Part shown: one piece after another, positions 62,731 through 64,000 of the stretch | How positions within the stretch are numbered: position 1 is the stretch's first letter | Layout of the letters: each line of letters begins with the position of its first letter | NCBI GenBank assembly: GCA_002633005.1 | Contig: NMRA01000975.1 | Span: 17,958-81,957 of the forward strand | Length of the DNA: 64,000 nt | Source: Phoronis australis | Taxonomy: Eukaryota > Animalia > Phoronida | Direction: 5' to 3' | Position numbers and translations under genes: made by a program | The notes under the pieces: generated by a model | The model's input: the letters and a program-made list of their open reading frames with translations, nothing else | Told to the model about the DNA's origin: nothing | Databases searched by the model: none

Positions 62731-64000
62731 ATTACTAATAACCGGCCATAAACTGTAGTAAACATCTCTGCCTGTACATGTACATAGTAGCGAATTTTCA
62801 AAATGCATTAATCAACCAACAGTTTTCGTTAAAAGCTTGAACAAATACCACAGCGGTATTCAGATGGAACTTGAAAACAACCACGTTTGGTTATCGATTT
62901 TTAAAAGTCCGATGAACTAGTAAGCTAATGGTACGATCGAAGATAAACGACTGTCGGTATTTAGATACTCGGTGGATTTAGAAACGCTGATCAGAGTTAA
63001 CAACATCACGTGGATTATTCTTATACAACTAAGCTACATGTAAACAACTAAAAACAACACACAGTGACTAAATTAGATGTCATAACTTTATGGCCCAGCC
63101 ATTGCATGCCGAACTACTTTACTCGAGGAGTAGACAAACTGATATTCGTGGAAACTGAATGCGCCAATTTCGGTAATTAGCATGTAGGTGCAATGGAACA
63201 CGTGTGAAGACGATGGCTAGCGTTTTAGTCAACGATCAGAGAGTGCAAGCAGTGGATGAGGTTGGTCCGTAGGCATGAGCTGTGATTTCATTTTTTAGGA
63301 CTGAGGAAAAGCTAGAATTCATGTGAGTTACTGCAACCAAAATTGCCCATAGATTCCAAATCTTCAGTTTGGCTAGATCACCATATTTGCACTTATATAT
63401 ATATTTTATGATTTGAGTTCTAATAAAGATTGAACTTGAACTGATGACGTAATTTCGTTTGCTGTGACATGTTAGTGTAGCTATGAATCTGGAAATTCAG
63501 GGATGGGTTCACAATTAACTGACTCCTAATTTGTTTTCAGACTTCGTTTAAAAACAAAATAAATGAAAAGATGGCAACCCTAAGTAAGGAAAAAATACAA
63601 GAAGACAGGAGTATTAAAAAGCCTAATGAAAACAGGTATGAAACATATTTAAAACCAACGTTCCATTAGGAAGTGGCCCTTTGTCAATATCAATGCAAAT
63701 TAAAGTTTTATTCTTTTTTGTAATATTTAAAATGTAAGTTAAAACTACTCTCCACATTGTAGGCTTAAACTCTGTGCAAATGCCAGAGAAAACCAATTTG
63801 GGTGTAATAACAACCACCATTGTTAAAAAAGTAGTGCTAGCTATTACCTTTCCACTTCATTAGCTCAGATCTACATCAATACAAAGAGCGTGCTGTATAG
63901 GCATCATAAAAGTTGTCTGGGGCTTAGGGAATCTGAGCGGTGACCAGTGTAAGCGAGAATAGATCTCTCAGGACCGGCATCCGAAAGGATGTAAGCCCGG

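Overview
AT-rich, intron-containing eukaryotic genomic DNA, probably a marine invertebrate (inferred from gene content and repeat style, not provable here). Four spliced protein-coding genes were reconstructed by hand. (1) A minus-strand sacsin-like gene with at least 6 coding exons (773-17774, ~3200 aa): two HATPase/SRR repeats, a J domain with HPD, and a C-terminal HEPN split by an intron. (2) A plus-strand gene for a ~203-aa acidic low-complexity protein starting MGCNSSK (29928-44667), built from symmetric phase-1 exons, with one probable GC donor. (3,4) A tandem pair of minus-strand RidA/YjgF/UK114 genes with identical intron phases: 57980-61282 keeps the catalytic Arg, while 50434-54662 has lost it. 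Also present: a pseudogenised ~1.1-kb copy of part of the giant sacsin exon between two copies of a LINE-like remnant, several MITE/foldback elements, minisatellites, and a 1.3-kb repeat with ~10 co-oriented CTCF-like motifs. Most short ORFs in the supplied track are intronic or antisense noise.
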